From an uncultured Nitrososphaerales archaeon (lineage in GTDB: Archaea; Thermoproteota; Nitrososphaeria; Nitrososphaerales; Nitrososphaeraceae): DNA of 64,000 nt. The first letter of the stretch is position 1. Every line of letters begins with the position of its first letter. Of this stretch, positions 34,862 to 45,752 are shown piece after piece. The stretch lies in NCBI GenBank assembly GCA_963709405.1, contig CAVPXM010000042.1, positions 1-64,000 on the forward strand, read 5' to 3'. The notes beneath the pieces are model-generated. The model did not search any database. It was not told where the DNA came from and was given only the letters and a program-made list of their open reading frames with translations. A program made the position numbers and the translations under genes.

Positions 34862-35643
34862 TGCTTTTCGATATACTTGAACCCTGATCTAGTCTATCTA
34901 CAACCAGAAATGAAAAAAGTAGACTTGAAAGCAAAATAACAATTCTAGAATAGGGATGTTCACCTGATACCGTTATCATTTTATGATCACGTAATAATAC
35001 TAATAATACCATATGACCAGTATTAGTGTTAATGACACTAGCGTATTATTAGCAAAAGAATGTTATGAGATAAAGCTAGCATTTCTCACAAATGCTACAG
35101 TAGAAGCAGGGTTGTCAGATTTATTGAAGAGAAATCCTCCAAAATGGACGCTTTAATGCAAGCCAGGTTTCCACACATTAGCTATTTTAAGACCTATATT
35201 TGCTTGGCTGCAAGCAGCATTTCCTTTCTACTTGGTGAAAAGCCGTATTCAACACGAGTTTATGCTGCTATTTTGTCAATTGCACATTCTGTTGTAACAT
35301 CAATGGCTGCAACCAACTTTTAGCAAAGAAAGGTATTTGCCGATGATGGTGATGGTAGAAGTATCATTCATTTTGACTTTGGGTTTTCCTGTCAACTTTT
35401 GAGAGATATGTGGATCCGACATTGTATTATCTACTGATCCAATAGATGCATCTGGGGAAAATAAGCAAATGATTCAGAATGGTTTCGACATTTAGTAGTA
35501 GTTGAGGTTTTAAAAGATAATAACTAAGAAGGAAGAGACAATTGTAAATGACATGTTAGTGCTACAGCAGCATCAATAGCAGGAGTCTTCATAATAGTTG
35601 CAAATGTCATATTTTGTCATTACTACTCTTGTCCTAATCACTG

Positions 35644-36690
35644 TCAACGTATTAGATTAAGTGAAGTATATGAACCAGGCCATACAGCATAATTTTCAAT
35701 TATCTGATCTTTTCCATCAGGATATACTACGGTTATCCTATATACACCAGATGGCAATTTAAACACGAAATGACCGTGTGGAGAGATAACTGAGCTTTCG
35801 GTGTATCCAGCAGATTTTTCTACAGAATCAACTAAGCCAGCATTTTTGTATACTGTTACTGAACCACCTACAGTTGCTGATTGGCCAGTCACCTCGCCAT
35901 TCACTGTTCCGTAGTCGGAGGTTTGCTTTAATATTGATGAAGATGGTGGGAAAATGTTTGTATTTGGCATCATTATTCCTCCGCTTACAATAAGATTTAC
36001 TAATGAAGCTACTCCTGCGATAGCAATTAAAGCGTAAATCGTCGTTTTATAGCTACTGTTACTGATGAGACGATTCTTGCTGCGATTAAAAGGGATGCCT
36101 ATTTGATTGCTATCTTTAGACGCTATTATTGAATTCGGTTTAATCTGGTTTTGTCTGTCATCAGCATGTTCTCTTTCTTCTTCTATATGAGATTTCAATC
36201 TTCCTTGTTTTTCTAACACAGACTCTACTTCTTCTGGTCGATATTCTCGTGCTGCTCCAACTGCTGTTACTGTGCCAGTATAATCACCACATATTTCCAA
36301 GACAAAATTAATATCATTTAATGCTTTGAGGATACCAAATGTCAATCTCATGTTTATTACATAATGGCTATTATGATCATATATTGCAGGGATAGAACCA
36401 CCGCTTATTGAAATTAGATATTCTCTAAACTGTTCTTCCTTAGTAATTTTTCCTTCCTCCTTTCGTTCTTTTTTCTTAGTAAATATTTCTATCATGTATA
36501 TTGGTTGTTTAATATGAGGATTTTCCTGAAGCCTTGCAAAAAGGTCACGTATAAGTTTAGGTGTTACTTTGGGCAATATGGTATTATAAGCTTCTTGCAG
36601 CTTTAAAGACTGAAGAAATAATACATCTAATTCCACACTTCCTTTTTCTGAGCCTGATTTTATTAAATCAAATATCTCCTTGCCAAACAT
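35644..36690 (-). CDS. Membrane-anchored hypothetical protein with C-terminal Ig/carboxypeptidase-regulatory-like domain
   Basis: Single TM; GHFVFKLPSGVYRITV. Confidence 0.7.
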   Translation of the reverse strand: MFGKEIFDLIKSGSEKGSVELDVLFLQSLKLQEAYNTILPKVTPKLIRDLFARLQENPHIKQPIYMIEIFTKKKERKEEGKITKEEQFREYLISISGGSIPAIYDHNSHYVINMRLTFGILKALNDINFVLEICGDYTGTVTAVGAAREYRPEEVESVLEKQGRLKSHIEEEREHADDRQNQIKPNSIIASKDSNQIGIPFNRSKNRLISNSSYKTTIYALIAIAGVASLVNLIVSGGIMMPNTNIFPPSSSILKQTSDYGTVNGEVTGQSATVGGSVTVYKNAGLVDSVEKSAGYTESSVISPHGHFVFKLPSGVYRITVVYPDGKDQIIENYAVWPGSYTSLNLIR

Positions 36691-37145
36691 TGCTTCTGTT
36701 ATATTGCTCAGGGGATGTTCGCCTCGATTATTTGTATCCTTGCCCTAATACTACTAAACTCCATTCAATATGATTATACCAAAGATTTGCATAATAGATT
36801 AGCTCATATCATATAGTTAGAAATAGTAATTAAAGACTATTTCTAACATATGTGTAATAGCAGTGAATGAATTTGAAGATTTAAGATAATTTGGAATTAT
36901 CTAGATTGAGAGGATAAAATGGTCCTTGCCATGCTGAATAACTCCATCCAGAGCAGCCAATGTGGTATTGCAAGTATGATGACATATACTTTGCACTAAG
37001 TTTTGAATAAAGATTGTAAAGTCATGATTCAAGGGAATGAAAAATGCATGAGTTCTAATGATGCATACTATACCATAATATCACGATGATGAAGAAATGA
37101 GTAGTTATAACACCAGCGACTAAGAAGAATAATTTCTGAAGTATC

Positions 37146-38180
37146 TCATGCTAATGCTCTCATATGACCCTGAATGACAGGATTGATCTGATCCAAACCA
37201 TCCCTCCGTAAAATACTTGAACCATCAGGTGATAATAAGAACTTGACAAAAGCCTTGGCTCCTGCTAGATTTTGGTAAGTATTGGGTATTGTAACTGAAA
37301 AATAAATCGGTTCACCGTGAACTGTTTGACCACTAGGCAGAGTATATGTGGCTGTTTTGTAAAAATTAGAAAATGATGGATTGCCAAGATTAATCTGAGG
37401 AGGTAACGCTATATATTCAAGCCCTCTTGCTACTGCTTCATGTTTGTATGCAACTATTGCATCTAGATGCCCCGTTTCCAGAGTTGTTATAAGAGTTTCC
37501 TCTGGAAATAGTTGTTTGGGGTTCTTATCATCTCCCAAAATTCTTTGTTTAATGTTAGGATCCTTGTAATATGAGTTGGCGAGTTTGGACATGAGTATCG
37601 TATAGTATCCCTTAGGGTCTAAATCAGGATCTGTCCTTCCTAATTTGAACCCCTGCTCCGATAAGACCTGATACCAAGGTTCAAGTCCTTTCTTTGCCTT
37701 ATCCAGGTCAGTATGAAATTTGCTGGTAGGCAAATATGCAATTACCATTTCCCCAGATGCAAATTTAACTAATCCCTGAGCGAGTGGTGATTTGCTAATA
37801 ATACTAGTCGAGTTGATCAGTTTATTGATAGGAATTGTGCCAGCACTAACAAAGACGTCTGGCCTCCTCTGGCCGTCCAATATCATATTTGCAATTTGTA
37901 GCGAGCCTCTTCCTTCTCCAGTATATGTATAACCAGTTTTAGTCTGAAATGCGGGACCGAGATCTTTTTCAAATATCTTTACAAGAGAACCTGCATACAT
38001 GACGAATACCTTCCCGCCTTGGCTAGAAGAAGAAGGCTGAGGCGCTGCTAAGGGTATTGCGTAGCCATTTTTTATGGGTATTGAAGATAATATTAGTGCG
38101 ATAATAACGATGGCAGTGCTAAGTATTCCTGTAATTTTAGCGCTATTACGACAGTTATTATAAATTAATTTCGAAACCAA
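37146..38180 (-). CDS. Tungstate/molybdate ABC substrate-binding protein (WtpA/ModA-like)
   Basis: YAGSL, GS, PDVFVSA, GRTDPDLDPKGY, AYKHEA, LPPQINL and GEPIYFSVTI. Confidence 0.85.
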   Translation of the reverse strand: MVSKLIYNNCRNSAKITGILSTAIVIIALILSSIPIKNGYAIPLAAPQPSSSSQGGKVFVMYAGSLVKIFEKDLGPAFQTKTGYTYTGEGRGSLQIANMILDGQRRPDVFVSAGTIPINKLINSTSIISKSPLAQGLVKFASGEMVIAYLPTSKFHTDLDKAKKGLEPWYQVLSEQGFKLGRTDPDLDPKGYYTILMSKLANSYYKDPNIKQRILGDDKNPKQLFPEETLITTLETGHLDAIVAYKHEAVARGLEYIALPPQINLGNPSFSNFYKTATYTLPSGQTVHGEPIYFSVTIPNTYQNLAGAKAFVKFLLSPDGSSILRRDGLDQINPVIQGHMRALA

Positions 38181-38372
38181 CGCATCTAATTTAGCATCCT
38201 AGGGGATAAATAAATTTAGATATCTGATTCAGCGGGTTATTGCCCACCAAAGTGACATTGGATTCTAATATTCTGGCGGTTACTGAATCGCTTCAGCTTC
38301 AGTCATATTATTTTTACAATTTACTCCTAAAATAACGCGTTATCACTTTCTCTACAGACTCTTCAGGGTTCT

Positions 38373-38840
38373 TCACACTTGCCTATAGCACAAAAGTCGC
38401 TGGTAACCTGATGCAAAGATAAGACATGTAGGTCCATTTGGACTTCTATATATTACCACTGGAAATTGCTCAGGCTCAAAAATAATTTTGGTTAGTGTCG
38501 ATGCTATACTATTTAGATCAATTTTACCAATGTTTGATGTTGCCACAATATTCCGGACTTTTGGTTCGATCTTTACTTTTTCAATAAACTTCTCATCACC
38601 CAGAATTTCCACAGTATGTTTAATCTGTTCTATTGATTCCGAGACACTTCTGGCTCCTGTAGATATCATTTTACCCGATTTAAACACTGTAACGCGACCC
38701 CGGATCATATGATCCTTTACATATCCACATCTGCCACCATAATATTCACGGTCATACATTCCCCAAGGATATTCCATAAATTTTGTAATATCTATGTCTT
38801 GATTTAGATTAGCGGTAGTAACGACATTCTGAATCTTCAC
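38373..38840 (-). pseudogene. tbp: TATA-box-binding protein paralogue, C-terminally truncated
   Basis: IQNVVTTA, VFKSGKMISTGA, NIVAT, FEPEQFP and LIFASG, then unrelated sequence. Confidence 0.85.
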
Positions 38841-39168
38841 TACAAGCCATTTTAACTACTAGTCAACAATACTTAATGATTTTGAATGATTTTGCTATCG
38901 TTGTTGATTCCAACTCATACTGCTTACCCTGCGCTTTTCATGCGGTTCCAGGCACATAGTGCCTCATAGATATTTTGATACCGCATAACTTTATGATGAA
39001 TACTCGATCATTACGTTTAGTCGTCAAATATTATATTCACCTATTCTGATCTCATTATCAAGAGTTATTTGTCTTTAATTTCAGAAACAAAGAAGATTAA
39101 TTAGTAAAATTATTGATAGTAGGAATAAACCAAATTACAGATGATTTACCTAAAATCCAACAGGATGC

Positions 39169-39543
39169 TCAACTTCGAAGAATTTCAACTGACCTAGATA
39201 CGGGATCGGACTTACGAAGTCTGTGTGCATTCTTTACCATGAATCCATATTTGCAGAAACCAAATTTTTTGATATCTGCATAATGTTTATTTTTATCTAT
39301 TTCAAGTTCTATTTTGCCTTTATATTGTTTGACATCGTATAATATTGCAGTGCCTATAATTGCTCCGCGTGTAAGCATTTTATAATCAATACCTAAAGAT
39401 TCAGATCTTTCCTTATCGACATTTTTTGAAGCATGTATCAAGAATTTTCCTCTAAAGACGGTATTCCAATTTCTCAATTCTATCGTCTTTTTTCCTGATA
39501 CCAAAAGTTCCGCATACGGTTGTTTCAGAGATAAGCATTTCAT
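39169..39543 (-). CDS. ASCH domain protein
   Basis: LSLKQPYAELLVSGKKTIELRNW, LIHAS, GAIIG; probable shift in the last codons. Confidence 0.9.
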   Translation of the reverse strand: MKCLSLKQPYAELLVSGKKTIELRNWNTVFRGKFLIHASKNVDKERSESLGIDYKMLTRGAIIGTAILYDVKQYKGKIELEIDKNKHYADIKKFGFCKYGFMVKNAHRLRKSDPVSRSVEILRS

Positions 39544-40114
39544 AATGAATTATCATAACTGCCATGAATGGAAAAAGTTTTTGTCTAGGATGTTTAGAAT
39601 ATCGTAAAGTGAATTTAGAATATCGTTGACTATTACTTATTTTTCTATCTTTACTATTATCACTGCTGATATATACAACTATACATCAGCTCTTCCTAAC
39701 TAAGTGATATAAAAGATTAATAACATTGATAGACATATTGATATTCCCTGACGATCTTCCTAACGGAAAAGGCACTCTGAACGTTGAAGACGTTTTGTTT
39801 TCAATCTCAATCCCTTCTGTGGGTATGATATATTATGCTTTTAGATCTCGAAAGTTAAACCAAAGCCAGAAGGTGAATACAAAGTGATAAAACGACCGAT
39901 AAAACCTGAGGAAGCTCGAGAATTTACAAACATTTGTAGGAGAATAGGGGCAATACTATTGCTGGAAAGGGCTTTAGATGATAACTACAATAAAATAAAG
40001 AATAATGCGTACATATGGAACTCATAGCTATTGTATTTTTAACCAGCTATTATTATAACCAACTAAGTTGAAGCATCAGATCCACCTGTTTGTTGTATGT
40101 AGAATATTATATTG

Positions 40115-41458
40115 TCAATTTAGGATCTCTGGAGGATCTACCACTTTTCCATATTTCCAACTTATTAGACGTGCTAGTTGCCTTGTTGGACTCTTATATC
40201 CATTCCTGGAATCAGTAGGTGAAAAAATCCAACCATTCAGCATCATGTCAAAGCCACCAAGAATGATGAGTTTTTCTTTGGACCTGGAAATAGCAACATT
40301 GACGTCCTGCAATGTTCCTGCTGCGCCGACATTATTTTCAGCATTATTTCTTACCAGCGAAAAAATGACAACGTCAGCTTGGGTTCCTAATGCGCCTGTG
40401 GTTGTAGTGACTTTTATACTATCCCCAATTCCCATACTTTGTAAATAGCTTCTTATCAGCTGCTTCTGAGCAGTATATCTAGTGATAATAACAATAGACT
40501 TTTGAGGAGCAATATATCTAAGTTGATGACAAATTCTCGCGCATGCTTTGGCTTCAGTTTCATTAGCCCAAGAAGATGGACCTATGGGTTCCTCGATACC
40601 CTTGCTTATGTCGACCCAGGTCGTAACTTCAGAAGGCTGGATTATATCTCTGTATTCTATGTCTGGTTGTATCTCCACAATCAGCCTTCTTGAAGCGACT
40701 TCAGGAGCAGACCTTAATCCACCATATTTTGCAAAGTCGTTAACTAATCCTGAGAGTTGATCGGGCAAACGATGAGACAGTCGCAGCGTATCTGAACGAG
40801 TTCTCTTTATTATCCAGTCAATTGCACTATAATCACGACGGTCAGGGCTAATAGGTCTTGATTGCTTTGGATCGCCAATTACCGTGGCAACAGTGCCACT
40901 CTTCACTATTAGATCCAAAAGATCGTTGATTTGATCAGACTGATTATTGCTTCCTCCGCTATCGTTACGCCACCTATAACTGGCCATTGGATCAACACCG
41001 AGTGAAAATGGCCATAAAATATGCTCTATTCTGTTGATACCAGCTTCGTCTACAATTATATTATCAAATCGCATGTTCCTTGTCAATATTTTAAGGGATA
41101 ATGTAGTGCAAATGATAATCTTCTTATCCAAGATATCATTGATATGTCTTTTAAATGGTATGTAATCATTCAGGATTGGGTCTATACCTGTGGGATTACC
41201 TGTCCTTACACAGAACTTTTGTGCAGTATTACCAAGTATATTGTGGAGCTCCCAACCAAACTCATTAGCTGCAGCATTAGTATATGCTACTAGCAAAACT
41301 CGCGTAGCAAGACCTTCTGCAATTAGCTTCACAGCTAAGCTACTTCCTACTGTTGTCTTTCCACAACCAGGAGGCCCAACTACTGCTGCAATATCCTTGC
41401 TAGTTGCACGCCAGTTTAAAATTCTAAGCTGTTCACTGTCAAGAAAGAGGTTATGCAT
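40115..41458 (-). CDS. SF1B (Upf1/Dna2-like) helicase
   Basis: EQ, GPPGCGKT, TNAAAN, DEAG, GDPKQ, NETEA, RYTAQ and NVAISRSK. Confidence 0.9.
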   Translation of the reverse strand: MHNLFLDSEQLRILNWRATSKDIAAVVGPPGCGKTTVGSSLAVKLIAEGLATRVLLVAYTNAAANEFGWELHNILGNTAQKFCVRTGNPTGIDPILNDYIPFKRHINDILDKKIIICTTLSLKILTRNMRFDNIIVDEAGINRIEHILWPFSLGVDPMASYRWRNDSGGSNNQSDQINDLLDLIVKSGTVATVIGDPKQSRPISPDRRDYSAIDWIIKRTRSDTLRLSHRLPDQLSGLVNDFAKYGGLRSAPEVASRRLIVEIQPDIEYRDIIQPSEVTTWVDISKGIEEPIGPSSWANETEAKACARICHQLRYIAPQKSIVIITRYTAQKQLIRSYLQSMGIGDSIKVTTTTGALGTQADVVIFSLVRNNAENNVGAAGTLQDVNVAISRSKEKLIILGGFDMMLNGWIFSPTDSRNGYKSPTRQLARLISWKYGKVVDPPEILN

Positions 41459-42920
41459 GTCCTATAAATTCGCCATAGTTTTCATCATGTAGAAGGAGAT
41501 CAGCTGCTAATCTGTGAAACCTGTGCATTGGTTCAAGAACTCGTCTAGTAAGGTTTATTTCATCTGGGACTATTACTATTGGAAGATCCAGTAAATGTAT
41601 CTTGGCACGGTCGACTGCTATAGTTGTAGGTAAATCGATTATAACCTCCTTGCCATTTACCTGTTTTATCATACCTCTTTCGCTTATACATGCCAAGATC
41701 GGAATATCGTTTACGTGATTTTTCTGCTCTTTTCCTATTATTCTTATGACCTTGCGTGGTTCTAAAAACGTCCTGATATTCTCTCTAGTAAGAGTGACTG
41801 ACCTGCCTTCAGTAGATCTTAGTTTATAGCCAGAGTGGATTATGCCTGCTCTTTCCAGTTCCTCCAAACCAGCTGCTTCACCAAGGTTTTCAGTAGCAGT
41901 ATAAAGTACGAATTTATGTCTATGTGTTTCACCTCGCTCTTTTAGGACCAAATACCGTCTTTTTATTAGTAACCTTCTGATTTTATCATAATTATCCGGA
42001 AATACTCCCTGACGGGCTAACCTTGTATCTTCTCTGTAAAATCGACAATCTGGAGCTGATTCTCCATCTCTATCACAAACAGGACATACAACAGGCTTTT
42101 GAGCATATGGTGTTCCTCCACATAGTACTTGGTGTGCAAACTCTCTGTCAATTTTGACTTTATTGATAATACGTTCAGAGATAGGTAATCTGGGTATATA
42201 TGCACCCTCATTATACACTACAGCCCCAAAACGGCATTTACTCCAATTATTTTCGTCTCTGGTATATCGGTAATTTGTTAGAAACAAATTTGCAATGATT
42301 TGCCATGCATCTTTTCTACCACCTGTAGTTACGCTGTTAACTTCGTTTGATTTCCAATCAATAATACCATAACAATCATCATCGTATTCTAATATAGCAT
42401 CAATTCTTCCTTCTTGCACATTCCTTATATTGGTAATTGTTATTTCTGTTATTGCCCTTACTGGTTGAGGATGCTTTTTCATTACCCGTTTTGCCAATCC
42501 AATTAAGAGGCCATGAAATCTGTCTTGAACTTCATTTTCGAAAGTATCTAAAACACTACTATCTCTTCCATCTCTTTTTGCCACCTCTTTGGCGTTTGCT
42601 ACTGTTTTTTCTATTATATTTGCTGAATCTTTAATTATTGATTCTGCTACTGTCCCAAAATCCTTAACTCCGTATTGCCAGTTATCAAGAATTGTTGTTG
42701 GGGTTGCAAGACTCATGATGTCATGAACAGTATTTGCAATCAGGTAATCACGTTCTCCACCGACTACTCCAAAAGGGTAACTTAGTTTAAATAAGAAAGG
42801 ACATACACAGGCTGTGGCTATCTCAGTAGACTGCACAACGTGTGTCGACTCATTAGACATCTTCTTGTAAAGTTCTCTTATGTATAGCTTATTCGTATTA
42901 GCCAATTGTATGAATTCCAT
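41451..42920 (-). CDS. Cas4/AddB/Dna2-like PD-(D/E)xK nuclease with predicted Fe-S staple and C-terminal beta domain
   Basis: STEIATACVCP, TVH, E...GRIDA...IIDWKS, CPVC-x8-C; 8-bp overlap with the helicase. Confidence 0.78.
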   Translation of the reverse strand: MEFIQLANTNKLYIRELYKKMSNESTHVVQSTEIATACVCPFLFKLSYPFGVVGGERDYLIANTVHDIMSLATPTTILDNWQYGVKDFGTVAESIIKDSANIIEKTVANAKEVAKRDGRDSSVLDTFENEVQDRFHGLLIGLAKRVMKKHPQPVRAITEITITNIRNVQEGRIDAILEYDDDCYGIIDWKSNEVNSVTTGGRKDAWQIIANLFLTNYRYTRDENNWSKCRFGAVVYNEGAYIPRLPISERIINKVKIDREFAHQVLCGGTPYAQKPVVCPVCDRDGESAPDCRFYREDTRLARQGVFPDNYDKIRRLLIKRRYLVLKERGETHRHKFVLYTATENLGEAAGLEELERAGIIHSGYKLRSTEGRSVTLTRENIRTFLEPRKVIRIIGKEQKNHVNDIPILACISERGMIKQVNGKEVIIDLPTTIAVDRAKIHLLDLPIVIVPDEINLTRRVLEPMHRFHRLAADLLLHDENYGEFIGHA

Positions 42921-42969
42921 ACACGATCATTTGTTACAGAGATGGTGTCTAACATTTCTTTTGATAGAC

Positions 42970-43227
42970 TTAAAACATGCTTTCATCTTTTATCGAACCG
43001 TCCATAGTAACTAGCATAATACGTTCACTAATCATAAAGCCACAATTTTCACATCTAAATCGGATTTTATCATTCCATTCATCGTAGTATATAGTGAGAT
43101 AGTCAGAGCAATCTGGACAGACAAGATCCAGGAATTCATGTGTTGATTTAGTCGTAGGAAAATCCGCTACTGAAAGTCTAATACCCTCCATTCTGTTTTC
43201 ATTTTCGTTTGTTAATTCACAGTGCAA
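42970..43227 (-). CDS. Zinc-ribbon protein
   Basis: CPDC...CENC. Confidence 0.6.
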   Translation of the reverse strand: MHCELTNENENRMEGIRLSVADFPTTKSTHEFLDLVCPDCSDYLTIYYDEWNDKIRFRCENCGFMISERIMLVTMDGSIKDESMF

Positions 43228-43244
43228 AGCTAACTTAGTGTTGT

Positions 43245-44093
43245 ATGGATAGCAAGGTATATAACCATAATCACCTTACTAATATTACTAAAGTGACTAA
43301 TGTGAGTCATATGACAAATACATCTTCCAGCCTGATAGATATGCTTCGTGTGCACATAGCAGCTGTAGGTTTTGAGGTTGATCGCATAGTCCTTCCAGCA
43401 ATTAAGAATAAAGCTGATCGAGTATGGCTTCTGACCCATAGCGGTCTGGATAAAGATAAGGGTGATGTTTTTGTGAACTTGATTAAGGAGAAATTCAGGA
43501 GTGCAGGCATAGATTGCCAACAATCTACTGCAGACAGAACAGATCTATTTGATATATTAAGAGCATTAAGATCGATTATCCTAAAAGAAAAGGGGAATTC
43601 TATCCTGGTTAATGTATCTGTTGGAAGCAAAATTCAAGCAATAGCTTCAATGATGGCCTGTATGATGTTTAAAGACCAAGTAATGATAAAGCCATATTAT
43701 GTGGTTCCTGAAAAATATAATACTTCATCTACACAAGAAAAGAGACAAGAAACCGAAGGGATGAAAGATAACATCCTTCTTCCAGAATACAAAATAGAAA
43801 TTCCTAACGAGAAACTGATAAGGTGTTTGGACATAATAAACCGACAAAGAGACAATAAGATTAGTAAACGTGAGTTGAAGGATTTAGCGTTGGGAAATAA
43901 TCTTATTCATATTTCCAACAAGCAAGATACGGGAGATTATACCGATCAGGCCGCATATATGGCACTGAATAAGAATCTCATAGATCCATTGCTTGAATGG
44001 AAGTTCATAACTGTGAACAAGCAAGGTGCGCATCATATAGTAAGTGTGACTGATGAGGGTAGAAATGCACTAAAATTTCTCAATGTTGATTAG
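43245..44093 (+). CDS. DUF6293 (HFX_2341/Csa3-like) CARF-type domain plus winged HTH regulator
   Basis: RVHIAAVGFEVDRI, NVSVGSK, PYYVVP and a C-terminal wHTH ending VTDEG; true start may be 43311 or 43341. Confidence 0.8.
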   Translation: MDSKVYNHNHLTNITKVTNVSHMTNTSSSLIDMLRVHIAAVGFEVDRIVLPAIKNKADRVWLLTHSGLDKDKGDVFVNLIKEKFRSAGIDCQQSTADRTDLFDILRALRSIILKEKGNSILVNVSVGSKIQAIASMMACMMFKDQVMIKPYYVVPEKYNTSSTQEKRQETEGMKDNILLPEYKIEIPNEKLIRCLDIINRQRDNKISKRELKDLALGNNLIHISNKQDTGDYTDQAAYMALNKNLIDPLLEWKFITVNKQGAHHIVSVTDEGRNALKFLNVD

Positions 44094-44168
44094 GAGTTGT
44101 TTACTGGCTGCCATGAATCTGAGGTAGCCGTTCGATCAGAATAATCAAGTCAAGCTTTTGTTAATTCC

Positions 44169-45250
44169 TCAACAATTTAAATCCCTTCCGACTCTTTTAG
44201 TTAAATCTTTAAATCCCAATATTTGAAGATGTGAAGATGTCAAATTTGCTCTAGCTTTTTCACATGTAACTTGATCAATATCTATGCCTATTCCTTTTCT
44301 TCCTGAACCACAGTTTAATGTCGCTTTAATGTTAGTGCCAGCTCCCATCATCAAGTCCAATACTACATCGCCAGTATCTGGAAATGTTAATCTTGAAATG
44401 ATTTCTTCTGCTTCCTTTGTGCTTTGTTGCCATTCTATGAAGATCTTTTTCTGGTCTTTGTGATGGAATAAGGTTTTGTAATAGACCATTTGTTATTAAC
44501 TCAGGGCCTTTGTAATACCACAGTAAATCTTTTTTCTTCCTTGAAATATGTAGATGCTGATCATGGCTGAAAGGCCCTTGAAGTTGTATCGATATATCTG
44601 TGTTATATATCAGACCTTCAGCTTCTAAAATATTCATAAATCTACGTTTCATGGTGTCTCCGAATAATGAAACTAAATGACCATTAGGTTTTAGCTTGGC
44701 CATTACTATTGGTGGCAGGGCTTCGTAAAGATACCAGTATTTTTCTTCATAAGGTGGATCGAGAAGTATCAGGGATACAGAATTGTCAGGTATTTTGGCA
44801 AGTATTGCAGGATCTCGGAAGTCACCACAGTAAATCGTAGCTTGATCAGGTAACAGGTATTTGGAATTTATAAATTTGGCCTGCTGAATCAATCGTCTCT
44901 GTTTTTCTGCTGCTTTTAGCTGTGCAGCCACCTTATTTGCTGTTACTTTTCCATTTCTTAGATCTTGTATTTGTTTCTCATTTGCATTATTTTTTACAAA
45001 TTCCCATGTTGATATTGTAGTATGTGAAACAGTCCATCATTTTACCTAGTAGTTCATTCACCCTATTACTGGCCTGGTTATGGTTATTCTTCTCTAATGC
45101 TAGATTATAGTCGTTATTAGCGATTTTGTTAGTATTAATTGGTGTAAAAACTTTCAGGTAGTCCTGCTGTATGGTAATACCTGGCGTTGATTCCTTCAAA
45201 GATGGTTTGAATTGCATCTGTAACAAGCTTATCGAATCCTTTAGGATCAA
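44169..45250 (-). pseudogene. Phage-type DNA methyltransferase (beta class) with N-terminal HTH, two frameshifts
   Basis: VSHTTIS, YCGDF, LDPPY and VLDLMMGAGT...GIDID. Confidence 0.8.
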
Positions 45251-45750
45251 TATTTTGGCAGCTGCTCCAGTTCACTCCTTAGTGACGACGTGAGATCTGC
45301 CGTATTAATTACAAATACGGGTGGCTTAGCAGGGTTCCACGTATTTATCCGATAAAGCACAAACTCTGCTCGTTCATGATATTTCTGATGGGTTTCTAGT
45401 GCATCCCAGTCAATCTTAATCTCAAACCGAAGTTCATTTAATAATCTATTCCAGTCGATTTCAGTCTTAGACGAAAGTTGGTATACTAATTCATCTTTTA
45501 ATGCGGCTTTACTTCTTAGGTTGTCATTACCGTTACTGATGTAGATACCGCTTAGTTTTGCTGCCGTTATAGATCCACCCCCAGCGAATAACCATCGCTC
45601 CATTTCCTTGGCACTGCCGGAATGGACATGGTAGATCGTGCTCGCCATTTTCTTAAGCGCACAGTTTGGTTGATCTTCGCTACCAATGTCGGTATCGTCG
45701 GTGGTTTCGCCTCCAATAGAGCCGGCTTTAGTTTCTCTTTTAGTGTTCAT
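45247..45750 (-). CDS. Hypothetical protein
   Basis: 167-aa ORF tightly packed between AbrB and the MTase. Confidence 0.6.
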   Translation of the reverse strand: MNTKRETKAGSIGGETTDDTDIGSEDQPNCALKKMASTIYHVHSGSAKEMERWLFAGGGSITAAKLSGIYISNGNDNLRSKAALKDELVYQLSSKTEIDWNRLLNELRFEIKIDWDALETHQKYHERAEFVLYRINTWNPAKPPVFVINTADLTSSLRSELEQLPKY

Positions 45751-45752
45751 TT

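Noticed and set aside
41451-42920. CRISPR adaptation Cas4
   Set aside because: 489 aa, coupled to a helicase, no cas1/cas2 nearby and 20 kb from cas3
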